Shown: piece after piece, positions 46,101 through 56,215 of the stretch
Layout of the letters: every line of letters starts with the position of its first letter
How positions within the stretch are numbered: position 1 is the stretch's first letter
IMG/VR virus record: IMGVR_UViG_3300005683_000076
Length of the DNA stretch: 64,000 bases
DNA from: an uncultured virus (IMG/VR IMGVR_UViG_3300005683_000076)
Taxonomy: Duplodnaviria; Heunggongvirae; Uroviricota; Caudoviricetes
Direction: 5' to 3' (one strand)
Made by a program: the position numbers and the translations under genes
Notes under the pieces: generated by a model
Databases searched by the model: none
Seen by the model: only the letters and a program-made list of their open reading frames with translations
What the model was told of the DNA's origin: nothing

Positions 46101-46279
46101 TCTACGAAGGATGGCAAGCGAAAGAAGCTATTAAAGATTTGCGACCCGGCGACAGCACAAGGGTTAAGACACCGAGCAGAAAGATACTGTACTACGCGTG
46201 TCATGGGATTTTAGGACCTGGAAATTATACTTGTACAGAGATTGAAGAAGACTTGTTTCTGGTGACGAGGCTGAAGTGA
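46097..46279 (+). CDS. Hypothetical protein
   Basis: 60 aa, ATGA-coupled. Confidence 0.55.
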   Translation: MIYEGWQAKEAIKDLRPGDSTRVKTPSRKILYYACHGILGPGNYTCTEIEEDLFLVTRLK

Positions 46280-46395
46280 GAAAGAAAAAACTACCAAGCG
46301 TGAGAAAGCCAACGGCCCCTCCAACCCAGAAACATAAGACTAGGAGGGGGGAGCCGGACAGGAAGCGGAAACACAAAGGAGAGGAGAATCAGTAA
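46276..46395 (+). CDS. 39-aa basic peptide
   Basis: GTGA-coupled; MRKKKLPSVRKPTAPPTQKHKTRRGEPDRKRKHKGEENQ. Confidence 0.55.
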   Translation: MRKKKLPSVRKPTAPPTQKHKTRRGEPDRKRKHKGEENQ

Positions 46396-46456
46396 TGCGA
46401 ATGTTGCTTTGTAAATTGACTTCATGCTAGAATTCTAGCACGGTTGTCAACTACTT

Positions 46457-46579
46457 ATGAGGAAAGCCTTCTGGAAATTCGTACACTTTCTTCACTTCAT
46501 ATGGGTAGTGGTCTTAGTTAGCTTCTTTCTTTATGTAGCTAACCAGCTCACGTTGACTGTCAAGGGGTTCTTCCGGTAA
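46457..46579 (+). CDS. 40-aa single-TM peptide
   Basis: MRKAFWKFVHFLHFIWVVVLVSFFLYVANQLTLTVKGFFR; stop abuts the convergent giant gene. Confidence 0.5.
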   Translation: MRKAFWKFVHFLHFIWVVVLVSFFLYVANQLTLTVKGFFR

Positions 46580-49500
46580 CTACCGGAGGCCTCTTGCCTT
46601 TTTATTTGCCTCTCTCTGGGCGTCAGCCTGCTCCTTCCTTCTTTCAGCCTCAACCATTCGATCAATATCTTCCTGACCCTTACCAGGAAAAGTCATCTGT
46701 AACAGCTCTTCCACGGTTGTGTCTTTTGCTGGTGTAGCTCCAGGCCCGCTCTTGAACTTCTCGTCGTAGTACCCGATCGCCACCTTCAGCTGGTCCCTCT
46801 CATCAGGGGTCAACTGCTTGATGAACTCCGGCCAGTCAGACTTAGCCAACTGTCCTAGCGGGTGTGTACGGTCGAGGCTCTGCTGAAGTCCTTTGTCGGT
46901 CCCACCGAATTCTTCCTTGTACTGTCTTAGGTACCTTTCCGCAGCTTCCTGATTTCCCCACCTAATGGCCTGCTTGTAGTAAAAGAGGGTGTTGCTCTTT
47001 TCCGTTGGATCGGTCCCGCCCGTAGACTTACCCATTTTCTTTTTGTAATCAGATACGCGTCCCCGGATGTTCCAGAAGATGGACTCTTCCGGGTCTACCC
47101 GCATGGTCAGAAACCAGTCAGACAGTTGACCTATCGGCCCACTAGCTGGAGGAGTAGGTCTGCCCATTACGCGTTGGTAGATACCTTTCATCGCAAACGC
47201 CTGTGCCAGGTACTCAGCACGATCGCGGATCGGCCTACTCTTTAGAGCAAAGGATGTCTTTTTCTCAAAGATGTCTGGGTAAGTAGACTCACCGAAGACA
47301 AACTCCCCAGCGGTTTTGATCGGACCAAGAGCCTGTACTACTCGGTTGACTGGAGCTTTCACGCCTTCAGCTATCTTATCTATTACCGTAGCCCTGCCGT
47401 CTCTCACTTCACTAATATCTGAAACTATATCTCCCGCATCAAACCAGTCCATCGCATCCCGCAAAGCCGTATCCGCCTGAAACACCCTAGCCGTCCCATC
47501 CGGATTAGTGCCCACGATCAGGTGTGGACGCTTGCCTACGTCTGTCTTCATTAGCTGGTCTTCAAGATCAGGGAATACCAAGTGATTCCACGCATTGATC
47601 GCAGCTGTAATGGCCATTAATTGGGCAGCACGTTTAGTTCCTACCAGTGCTACCTTACCAGCCACCTTCGTGCCTGCCATTCCAGCAAGACGCGACTTAC
47701 CACCTGCTTCATTCGGTATGTTAGCTATCATACGTACGTACCTGGGAGCGTTGATCTCACAGTTTCCTGTAATCATTACCTTTCCGTCCTGCCGCATGAT
47801 CCACGTACTGTTGGCTGTCTTAGGGCACCACACCTGTCCGGTGTACTGCTCTTCAGTTCTCTGCCACTTGTGTACGGAAATCTTATCCCTCCCTTTAACA
47901 TACAACGCTGCGTGACCGGTTCCGCCCCTCTTATCGCGGATGTGGCCAGCCTTACCTAGCATGTAGCACAGGATCTGGAACCCGTCCAGAACTGGTCCGC
48001 GGTTTTGCGGAAACTGTGTGGCTCCATTAGCTGAAGATCCTTCTGCCCGCATCATTGCGTCGTACATCGCCCGACACTCAGCCTGCCCCAATCTAGTGAT
48101 GACTGACGGGAGATCTTCCTTTGTCTGGAAGACACTTCTGATTTTAGATATCTTCGGAGCAGACAACCTGAAACAAATTACCCCTGTCTGCGGGTGTACT
48201 GACTCAGAACTAATGTAGTCCTTAAATGTGTCGCGGATCCACTGAACCTCACCAGGCTTTTTCTGGTACAGCACTGCCTCGAACGAGTTAGGTGATTCTT
48301 TTCTAGTTCGAAAGTACCCGTCTGTAACTAAGAATCCTAGCAATGCCGCCTCAGTTTCATTGAGCACACTGCCGGTTGAGAACTCGTGCGGAGCTACAAC
48401 AGGTAATTTGTGATGAGATTTGAGATCTTTGGCCAGAACAACTTTTCTCTTGTCCTTATATTGTTCGATGACCACGCAGCGGTGATCGGGAGTAAACTGG
48501 TACTTATGGCCAAAAGAATTATTCAGCGTTACCAGCGGCCCATCATAATCTAGCACGGCTTTATCTTGTACCGGCTGCCATTCCGTTGTCCGGGTCTCGA
48601 TGTTGTAAGTTAACACTTCCTCTCCAAGAGCCAGCTCATCGTGGGCCTTCCACCCATCCCTAGTCAGGATCTCCGTGGTCGTAGGAACACACCACGAGTA
48701 GAAGGGCATCATATGTTTACGTATAGCTCTACCCGCCTCAGATATACCGCCGTAGTCGCCTACCAGTTCTCTAGCTATCTTTGCAGCCTGCCTTCCTGGA
48801 TTACCAGCAAGAGCATCCACCTGTCCGCGATTTGACGCACCATAGATAACATCCCCGTTAGCCAACCGTTGCTTGATGTGCCTGTAAGCGGCCAGCCGGA
48901 TCCAGTTCTCTCTGGCATTAGAGCTGTTCTTCATGGCATCCCACACCTTGTTCAGTCCTCGACTGAGAACATTGGTGTCTGAATCCGCAAAGATCTTAAA
49001 CACACCGAGCTTACTGATGTCCGGGATCTCAGCAAATGTCTGGCCGGAATCCATCACGCCGTCCTTGATCGCCTGCTCGATCTCTGCAGCGGCCGCATGG
49101 TTCTTATCCCTACTGTACTTGTAGATGTCTTTAATAGCGGCCGGCAGCTCCTTTATAATTCCCGGGTACGCCATTGCAGCATCAAGGTCAGAGATGAAGT
49201 TTCTGATATTGTAAGACAGGTAGTTCTTCGGGTTGATCAGTGCCCACTGCTTCCACGAGGCCATAGCACTAGCCGTGGTCTGCTTGATAGCATTCTCGTG
49301 AGGCTGTACCTCGAAGTTGTCCATCAACTTAGCGACACCACTAGGAAGTACCCACTCAGGTTTCTTCTGCCCGCGTGCCAACGCTTCCCTCAACTCAGCC
49401 TCAGCTGTACTGAGAGTGTGCTTTCCGGAAAAGATGTCAGTCAGAAGTTCATCCGGAGCAGACATCACCTTATAGAAATAACTACCTTCCTGTGGCTGCC

Positions 49501-52500
49501 AGATCCTGTGAGTGCTCTTATCGACCAGCGTGTGCCAGTCGACGCCTTGTATCTTAGCCTGCAGCTTTAGATCGTCAGATATATCTACTGCACGTTTGAT
49601 CTCTTGCAACAACTCGTACTTGCGTATCTGGGCGTGTGCCTGGGAGAGCCACTCCACCTCAGCTTCTACGTAGTTGGTGTTATAATCATCCCCATCACCG
49701 GTACGCTTCTTTTCAAATCCTTTCTTTCGTACACGCAGGTCACGATTGCCCATGCTCAGGAATAGGTTGTTCTCTCCTCCCTGCGGCACTTGTCGGTGGA
49801 AGTAGCTGTCGTTATTAAGGGCCTGCTCTCCGAGCATGTCGATCTTCACCAGATCACCGACCGTCTTTCTACGCAACGCCTCCCTGTCCGCAAGAGCTTT
49901 AGAGATGGCCGGGTCTGCTTTAGCTGCATCCTCGTATTCCTTCAAAGACTTCTCTACGTCAGCAAGATCAATGTACCCGTGACCGGGCTTCATTCCCTGC
50001 TCCACGGCCTTCTTCTTGTCCCGCAAGATAAGCACATTCTCGAACACGTCGTACTGTTCCCGGCTTAGAGGTTTGATAATTCGAGCTACGTCATTGGTAG
50101 CTTGGGTCTTAGCCCAGCTGTTCAAGCTTGAGAGCAGCCGGAAAGAGTCCGCGGTTCTGGCCATCTGCACACTCTCGTTCGGATCGATCTCCTTGAACTG
50201 CCGCTTGAACTCTCGATAGATGTTGACTATCCGGTCCGCGATCTTCTGAGGGCTGGTCTCCACGTCCATGCCTCTGGCCTTTGCCATCCTCTCGGCAGCC
50301 ACAGGGTTGGGGTTGGTGGCTAGAGGAGTACCAGTAGATTTCCGCGGCTTCCAGAATGCAGCCAGCTGCGGGAAGTTCTCATCGGTAAATGCCGACACTT
50401 CGTCCACGGCCTTCTTATCGAAGACTCTCTTGTCCTTCAGGGCCTGGGCGAACTGGATGCGACTGACGTCGATGTCCTCACCCTTGAAGATCACGTGGTT
50501 GTGGGTTTGTTTCTTAGGGTATTTGACTGTGAAGTCGGCAGTATTCAGGGCCTGAAGTTCCGTGAGTTTTTGCTTGTCCCACTCACCAGTAAGGGTCTTG
50601 TACGCCCAGTTAATAGCTTCTGTTTTTGCAGCTTCAATATCTACAGGCTTACCATTATTTATCTGGTTCTCTATGTTTGCAGCTACCCACGCAATAGCAG
50701 ATTCTTTTGGAGTTACCTGGCCGCTGAACCTGGTAGGCTTTCCTGAGTACAAAACCTCTGGAGGTTTCCTACTGTTCTGGTCCAGGAACTTCAGACCCTT
50801 AATGCCTTTATCCTTCAGAAACTCACTGGCCAGTACATCTCCTCCACCTTTCTTCGACAGGAGTCCAAGCTGAGTGGTGCGGTCAAACTCTCGAGACATT
50901 CTCTTGTAGAGTTGTTCTCCGGTCCTGCTAACAGGATCATTCACACTGGGGTTGTCAGCGTCGTAGAAGTCATAGCCTCGACTATTATCAAACTCTCTGG
51001 CAATGTCTTGAATGTGCTCACCCTGGTCCTTGATTTGCCTGTCCAGGTGCAACAGGTCTTCATCCTTTACGTTTGTCTTGATGTGGTAGAGGTAGCCTGG
51101 GTGTGGCTCCGGCATCTCGATATCAAACTTGTCTGGATCTAATTGTTGGTAAGCCTCCACTACTTTTCTGTAGTATTGCAATTTCAGCTTTGTGATCGCC
51201 ATCCCGGGAGTAAGCTGGCCGGCCTTGTCTGCTTCTTCAAACCTGGCAATCTCCGTCTCGTACCAGTCGATCTGATTTTGTATTGCCTCCTTAGCGTCTA
51301 CCCGATTGTTATCCATCGCGGTAAACGTGCCCATTATGGCACCATTACGTAGGCTATCTGCGTCTGACGCTCCGGAAGCTTTGGCGTTATAGTCGAACTC
51401 CTTGCCGTCGTAGAGGAATCTTGGATTTGCATTGTCATGTATCCCAGCCTGCCTGTAAGTGCTAGCAACTCCGTGTGTCTCCGCAGCGTAATGCCCGTAT
51501 CCGCGGAACTGTGAACCCTCACCTGTGTTGATCTTATCGTCACGGATGCGGCCGAGTGGGTACTTCTCGATCACCTTGTAACCTTCTGGGATCTGTGGGA
51601 GCCAGGAGTCTACGGAATGGAGCTCGCGCCCTGCCCTCTTAGAAGGGATTGCAAAGTCCTCAGGCTTTAAAGACTTGATAAACTCCACTGCACGGTTTTG
51701 GCTTATGTAATCATGTAGTGGAGCGTGAGTATTATTGTCTCTCCAGTGTTCCGCTGTTTTGAGTTGCTGAGACAGGGAGTCAGCAATAGATTTTGGTCGT
51801 TTAGGGTGTGTGACTTGCTGTTCGATAGCCTGTAGAATTTTCTGCTCTCCAATGGAGATCTCTTGGTCGGAATCATACAACCCCTTGCCACGGAATTTCA
51901 TACCCTTTTCAGGTTTAGTCCGGACAATAATGTTCTCCCCTCTTCTGGACACACGCGTACCCACAGGGAACTTCTTCTGTTCTCCTTCAATGTACTTCCT
52001 CTCACCGTTAGGGCCTTCAACTAAGACTTCAGGTTTGAATAAGTGACGAGATCCGTGCTTGAGTTGGGCGAACTGAGGATCAATACTTCCGCCACTAGCT
52101 CTCCGCTTATTGAACTCAAGGATCGGACCGTACTTGTTACGCAGAGCTTCGATCTTCTTCTGGAACAGGGCCGAGCCAGAGCTCTGCATGTTAATTGCAT
52201 CCTGTTCGTACCGCTTAAGTACTCCCTCCACGGCTTTGAACTGATCGCCGCCGGCATCTTTGTAAGCCTGACGTACGTCCCTGTCCACTATTTCGTCGAC
52301 AGTCTTGTCGGCAGCGGGGCGTGTATCAGACAGTTCGGCAAGCCTTTGTCGTTGTTTCCAGGCTTCGATGTTCGGATCAGGTTTAGCAGGAGGTTGCCAC
52401 TCTTTGATACCCAGCTTTTTATTGATAGCCTGAACATTCTTCAGATGTGCCTCTCTGGACTGTACGCTCCAGGGATCTTCCTTGGCGACAGGAGTGCTAG

Positions 52501-55500
52501 GTTCTTTTGCTTTAGGAGTGGACTCTTTAGGTGCTTTGGTCTTGACCTGTTTAGCAACCTGGTGAGTATTGTAGGCCGTGTTCGCTTCAGCAATATCCTG
52601 AAGGTACATGCCATTATCCAGGAGGACAGACTCGTAGTCTCTAATAGCTGCGTCAACGTCAGTGCCAAACCGATGGTCCTCGCCTATGACGGAGTCAAGC
52701 TGTTCTCTGGTGACTTGGCCGCTTCTTTTTAATTGGTCTAGCTCCTTAAGCTTCTCGGTAATGAGGGCATTGTTGTGCTCGGCCATGGCCCTGACCACAG
52801 CTACACTTTCATCTGTTGGAAATACCTGCTGGCCCTGTACCCAAATCTTACCGTCCTCAAGCACACTTCCACGCTCGACAGCATTCGGATTCGGGACATA
52901 CTTGCCGGTCTTCTTCGGAGCGGCAGGAGCAGCCGTGACCTCTTCAAAGATCTCCTGGTTGCGTGCTTCGGCCCCGGCCTTGACCGCGGTCTCCGGGACA
53001 TCTACCCAGGCACGCTTGTCACCTAACGGTAACTCAGCTCCTGTCTCCAGGGCATCCTTCAGATCGAAGATGGCTCCACGTGGACTACGCCCATAGGAGT
53101 GCTCAGGGTTCCCTAGGATCTCCCCGATCTGCTCCCTAGTAGGAGCGCCCTTAGCCTGGAGCTCTTCTAGTTCCTGGATTGCCCGAGCAGCACGCCTTTC
53201 AAGTTCGGTCCGGTCGGTGACTTGGGAGAACCTTGGCTCGATAGGGCCTTCTCCACCTGGTCCAGTACCTGATCCTCGTTCAGCTGTCCCTCTGGTATCA
53301 GGCGAACTATGTCGTATGCCAGGTCCAGCCCCTCTTCCCCGAACTCCTGGTGTATTGCTCCCAGCAGCAGAAACCTCCGATGGCTTTCCTCCCGCCACTG
53401 GCTGTTGTTGTTTTCTTCTTGCATATAGGTTAAGTAAGTGCCCACGTCTGGCAAACTTAGTGGCAGCAGGGCTTACATCCTTGAGAGATGATGCGTACTG
53501 TAGGGTGTTCTCGTTATTCTCAGCCAGAACACGGAACACGTCTTTCAATGTTTGTTTGATTTCGTCGGTGGTCAGGCCTAGGTGCTCTTCTGCTTTCGGG
53601 CGGAAGGTCTGGGCGATCACCTCGTCCATTGCGTACGTGTCCTTTCTATTAGGATCACGGCCTTTGATTATATCAAATACTTTCTGGACACTAGGCTTTT
53701 CAAGAAGCTTTGGCGTCTGTGCAGTAACACCGAAGCGTTCGTTCCGGATGTGGACACGCTCCTCAGCCTTAGTACCCTGCGTGATGTCGTCAAGGCCTTC
53801 GTACTTAGTGTAGAGTCCTGCCTCTCCAGCTGTCCGCTTCGTGACGTCGTTGATCTTGGCGATGAGATTCGAGATCTCCACCATCGAGGACGCGTCCTTT
53901 GCGAGCTGGGCCTGGTCGAGCATATTCTCCAGCTGCTTGATGAAAGCTCCGGAGTAGTTCGCGTATAGCGGCAACCCGTGGAAATCTCGGTAGCTGCCTG
54001 CATTTCCCTGCTCCTCTGCTATGTTTTTAAGCAGGTGGTTCAGGACAGCAGTGGCTTGCGGGTTAGCAGCAATAGCATCAGGACCGTCCACGGTGAGGTC
54101 TGCTTCTCTAATGAGTTCAGACATGGGACGGTTCATCTCTTCGATGATCTTGTTGGAAGCGGCTAACTCCTGCTTGTTGTACGGAGAAAGGATCTCAACG
54201 TCAGCTACTTCCCCTTTAGGTACTTGTACTTCTTTGGCATTACCCTGCGGGTCTATCTGAAAAGCAACTTCATTGCCGGCAGGGTCTTTCGCTCGTACAG
54301 TTCTCCCGGCTAGCACTGAAACAGCATCCCCGAGACTAAAGATCGTATTGAAGATAGTTTCCTTGAGGGCCGTCTTAGGGTCCGCACCGGATGCCCGGCT
54401 TACCGGATAAGTAGCTGCACCCGTGAACGCCAAGGTTGCTGCCCCACCGCCGAGCTTGCTAGCTGCAGAACTGAAGCCTGCCTCCTCCAGCCCAGCCATC
54501 CACTTCTCGCCAACCGGTCCAGCATACTTAGCGATACTTCCGAATATGGCACCCTTAAAAGCCTCACTTGCGACTTTGTCAAAGTGCTCACCTCGGCCGG
54601 CTGATTGGGCAGCCATGTCAGCAGACATACCTGTGATCATTCCACCAGGCAGCTTAGACAGCAGCATGATCCTCGAGAGGTCTCCAGGCAGAGCACCTGC
54701 CATCTGGAAGATCTCGGCACGAGTCCCGCCGTACTTAGCCAACTTCTCAGCCGGAGCCTCAGAGGTCGCAGCGATCGAAGACATGTACTTGTAGATGTCG
54801 TCTCCCTGGTACGCCTTGATGTCTTCAAACTTGGAAGGATTGATCAGCCGGTGACCTTCCCCAAAGGGCCTGTGCCACAGGTCATCGGCAGCCCGGTAGA
54901 GACCAGCCAGATCCCGCCAAGCACTGCCACCTGTACGCAGGGCACCAGCAATAATGTTCTGCTCATCTTCCATGCCGATCCACGGAGTTTCTAGTGCCTC
55001 AGTAGGTGTGATCGTGGAAGCCTTCAACGCATTGATTACTTCAGGAGTCAGGAGATTCTCAGGCGGGATCTGTTCAATACCCACGCGAGACTGTGCCTGC
55101 CTCATCCGTTCGTCGGTCTGAGCTGCATCCTTGCCCTTGATATTCTCAAGGTCCTTAAGCGTGATCCAGATAGTACCTTCAGTAGTATCATCATCAATTC
55201 TACCTTTCACCTTATACTGCCTACCAAGTTTAATGCCTTGCTCGATCTGGTCTGGGGTAAGGTCAAACTTGGTAGCAACAGATTCATAGGCCTTTCGGAT
55301 GGAGTAGTCTAGCTTTTCCGCAGTGGGAACTCCCTGAACATTGACGGTAACTTTTGCGGCAATGCCGTTGCTGTCGGTAGCCTTACCTGCCTGACGCGGA
55401 AGATCCACTTGTACACCGGTATCAACAAACTGGCCGGCGGACGTGTCGATCGGAGTCAGGTTCCCGACGTCCACGGTGACAGTTCCTTCACCTACCGGAG

Positions 55501-56212
55501 CTTTAGGTTTAGCTTTGATCGGAGCCGCAACCTTATTTTTCCTAGGTTGGAGTGTCGGTCTGTTGGACGGTATAGACGAATTATCTAGTGTGTTTGTATT
55601 TACAGGGGCATACCCTGGAGCGGGATTGGTAGGTGTGGTAGCGGTACCAGTTATTAAGGTCTCGATCTTCTGCTTGAAGTTGTCATCAACCTCCGGAGAT
55701 GCAGGAGAGATCAAGCTCTCGAGGTGGGCCCTAAACTCGTCATCGCTGACAGTGGTAGGAGCAGCAGGAGCACTGGCCTTGACCTGTCCCGGCAAGATAC
55801 CTTGAGCCGCCAGCCTCCTCTTGGAATTTAACCAGGCGTCAAAGCCCTGCTTCTTGTAAACATCGAGGGCAGCCTTTGCATTGTAAACAGGATCAGTAGC
55901 CAGCTTCTGCGGATCGTATTGCGGGTTGGCAAGAGTGTTGATTTGCCACAGTCCGTAGGAAGACTCTGGAAGTTTCTGTCCTTCACCTGCCCTGCGTACA
56001 CGTGTGGCCCCCGGGTCGCCAGAGCTTTCCTTCAATGCCATTTCTGTCATGTAAGGGACGTGCTCTTCCGGCCACCCAGCCTGTCGAAGAATGTTCTCGA
56101 GATCCGGACGTGTATAAATGGAAGGAGCCGGCCTTGTGGGGGTCGGCTTTGGTTCCAGTTTCTTGAGCCCGCCCAGCAGGCTCTTCAAGAAGTCGTCGTC
56201 GTTGTTTACCAT
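46580..56212 (-). CDS. Giant polyvalent internal virion protein (lytic transglycosylase, zincin-like, ART-like and LPD38-like domains, plus intein)
   Basis: ESSG...SYGLWQIN (SLT); EERVH...DEVIA; HGS...TGEGSQFRGYGHY (ART-PolyVal-like); MPFYSW|C. Confidence 0.8.
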   Translation of the reverse strand: MVNNDDDFLKSLLGGLKKLEPKPTPTRPAPSIYTRPDLENILRQAGWPEEHVPYMTEMALKESSGDPGATRVRRAGEGQKLPESSYGLWQINTLANPQYDPQKLATDPVYNAKAALDVYKKQGFDAWLNSKRRLAAQGILPGQVKASAPAAPTTVSDDEFRAHLESLISPASPEVDDNFKQKIETLITGTATTPTNPAPGYAPVNTNTLDNSSIPSNRPTLQPRKNKVAAPIKAKPKAPVGEGTVTVDVGNLTPIDTSAGQFVDTGVQVDLPRQAGKATDSNGIAAKVTVNVQGVPTAEKLDYSIRKAYESVATKFDLTPDQIEQGIKLGRQYKVKGRIDDDTTEGTIWITLKDLENIKGKDAAQTDERMRQAQSRVGIEQIPPENLLTPEVINALKASTITPTEALETPWIGMEDEQNIIAGALRTGGSAWRDLAGLYRAADDLWHRPFGEGHRLINPSKFEDIKAYQGDDIYKYMSSIAATSEAPAEKLAKYGGTRAEIFQMAGALPGDLSRIMLLSKLPGGMITGMSADMAAQSAGRGEHFDKVASEAFKGAIFGSIAKYAGPVGEKWMAGLEEAGFSSAASKLGGGAATLAFTGAATYPVSRASGADPKTALKETIFNTIFSLGDAVSVLAGRTVRAKDPAGNEVAFQIDPQGNAKEVQVPKGEVADVEILSPYNKQELAASNKIIEEMNRPMSELIREADLTVDGPDAIAANPQATAVLNHLLKNIAEEQGNAGSYRDFHGLPLYANYSGAFIKQLENMLDQAQLAKDASSMVEISNLIAKINDVTKRTAGEAGLYTKYEGLDDITQGTKAEERVHIRNERFGVTAQTPKLLEKPSVQKVFDIIKGRDPNRKDTYAMDEVIAQTFRPKAEEHLGLTTDEIKQTLKDVFRVLAENNENTLQYASSLKDVSPAATKFARRGHLLNLYARRKQQQPVAGGKPSEVSAAGSNTPGVRGRGAGPGIRHSSPDTRGTAERGSGTGPGGEGPIEPRFSQVTDRTELERRAARAIQELEELQAKGAPTREQIGEILGNPEHSYGRSPRGAIFDLKDALETGAELPLGDKRAWVDVPETAVKAGAEARNQEIFEEVTAAPAAPKKTGKYVPNPNAVERGSVLEDGKIWVQGQQVFPTDESVAVVRAMAEHNNALITEKLKELDQLKRSGQVTREQLDSVIGEDHRFGTDVDAAIRDYESVLLDNGMYLQDIAEANTAYNTHQVAKQVKTKAPKESTPKAKEPSTPVAKEDPWSVQSREAHLKNVQAINKKLGIKEWQPPAKPDPNIEAWKQRQRLAELSDTRPAADKTVDEIVDRDVRQAYKDAGGDQFKAVEGVLKRYEQDAINMQSSGSALFQKKIEALRNKYGPILEFNKRRASGGSIDPQFAQLKHGSRHLFKPEVLVEGPNGERKYIEGEQKKFPVGTRVSRRGENIIVRTKPEKGMKFRGKGLYDSDQEISIGEQKILQAIEQQVTHPKRPKSIADSLSQQLKTAEHWRDNNTHAPLHDYISQNRAVEFIKSLKPEDFAIPSKRAGRELHSVDSWLPQIPEGYKVIEKYPLGRIRDDKINTGEGSQFRGYGHYAAETHGVASTYRQAGIHDNANPRFLYDGKEFDYNAKASGASDADSLRNGAIMGTFTAMDNNRVDAKEAIQNQIDWYETEIARFEEADKAGQLTPGMAITKLKLQYYRKVVEAYQQLDPDKFDIEMPEPHPGYLYHIKTNVKDEDLLHLDRQIKDQGEHIQDIAREFDNSRGYDFYDADNPSVNDPVSRTGEQLYKRMSREFDRTTQLGLLSKKGGGDVLASEFLKDKGIKGLKFLDQNSRKPPEVLYSGKPTRFSGQVTPKESAIAWVAANIENQINNGKPVDIEAAKTEAINWAYKTLTGEWDKQKLTELQALNTADFTVKYPKKQTHNHVIFKGEDIDVSRIQFAQALKDKRVFDKKAVDEVSAFTDENFPQLAAFWKPRKSTGTPLATNPNPVAAERMAKARGMDVETSPQKIADRIVNIYREFKRQFKEIDPNESVQMARTADSFRLLSSLNSWAKTQATNDVARIIKPLSREQYDVFENVLILRDKKKAVEQGMKPGHGYIDLADVEKSLKEYEDAAKADPAISKALADREALRRKTVGDLVKIDMLGEQALNNDSYFHRQVPQGGENNLFLSMGNRDLRVRKKGFEKKRTGDGDDYNTNYVEAEVEWLSQAHAQIRKYELLQEIKRAVDISDDLKLQAKIQGVDWHTLVDKSTHRIWQPQEGSYFYKVMSAPDELLTDIFSGKHTLSTAEAELREALARGQKKPEWVLPSGVAKLMDNFEVQPHENAIKQTTASAMASWKQWALINPKNYLSYNIRNFISDLDAAMAYPGIIKELPAAIKDIYKYSRDKNHAAAAEIEQAIKDGVMDSGQTFAEIPDISKLGVFKIFADSDTNVLSRGLNKVWDAMKNSSNARENWIRLAAYRHIKQRLANGDVIYGASNRGQVDALAGNPGRQAAKIARELVGDYGGISEAGRAIRKHMMPFYSWCVPTTTEILTRDGWKAHDELALGEEVLTYNIETRTTEWQPVQDKAVLDYDGPLVTLNNSFGHKYQFTPDHRCVVIEQYKDKRKVVLAKDLKSHHKLPVVAPHEFSTGSVLNETEAALLGFLVTDGYFRTRKESPNSFEAVLYQKKPGEVQWIRDTFKDYISSESVHPQTGVICFRLSAPKISKIRSVFQTKEDLPSVITRLGQAECRAMYDAMMRAEGSSANGATQFPQNRGPVLDGFQILCYMLGKAGHIRDKRGGTGHAALYVKGRDKISVHKWQRTEEQYTGQVWCPKTANSTWIMRQDGKVMITGNCEINAPRYVRMIANIPNEAGGKSRLAGMAGTKVAGKVALVGTKRAAQLMAITAAINAWNHLVFPDLEDQLMKTDVGKRPHLIVGTNPDGTARVFQADTALRDAMDWFDAGDIVSDISEVRDGRATVIDKIAEGVKAPVNRVVQALGPIKTAGEFVFGESTYPDIFEKKTSFALKSRPIRDRAEYLAQAFAMKGIYQRVMGRPTPPASGPIGQLSDWFLTMRVDPEESIFWNIRGRVSDYKKKMGKSTGGTDPTEKSNTLFYYKQAIRWGNQEAAERYLRQYKEEFGGTDKGLQQSLDRTHPLGQLAKSDWPEFIKQLTPDERDQLKVAIGYYDEKFKSGPGATPAKDTTVEELLQMTFPGKGQEDIDRMVEAERRKEQADAQREANKKARGLR
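47762..48691 (-). mobile_element. Intein with LAGLIDADG endonuclease in the giant virion protein (310 aa)
   Basis: CVPTTTEILTRDGW; TPDHR; LGFLVTDG and MMRAEG; VWCP...MITGN/C. Confidence 0.9.
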
Positions 56213-56215
56213 TTA

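Noticed and set aside
52043..53813. Long plus-strand ORFs opposite the giant gene (and similar shadow ORFs elsewhere)
   Set aside because: Antisense shadows of well-supported genes, with no RBS or motifs.
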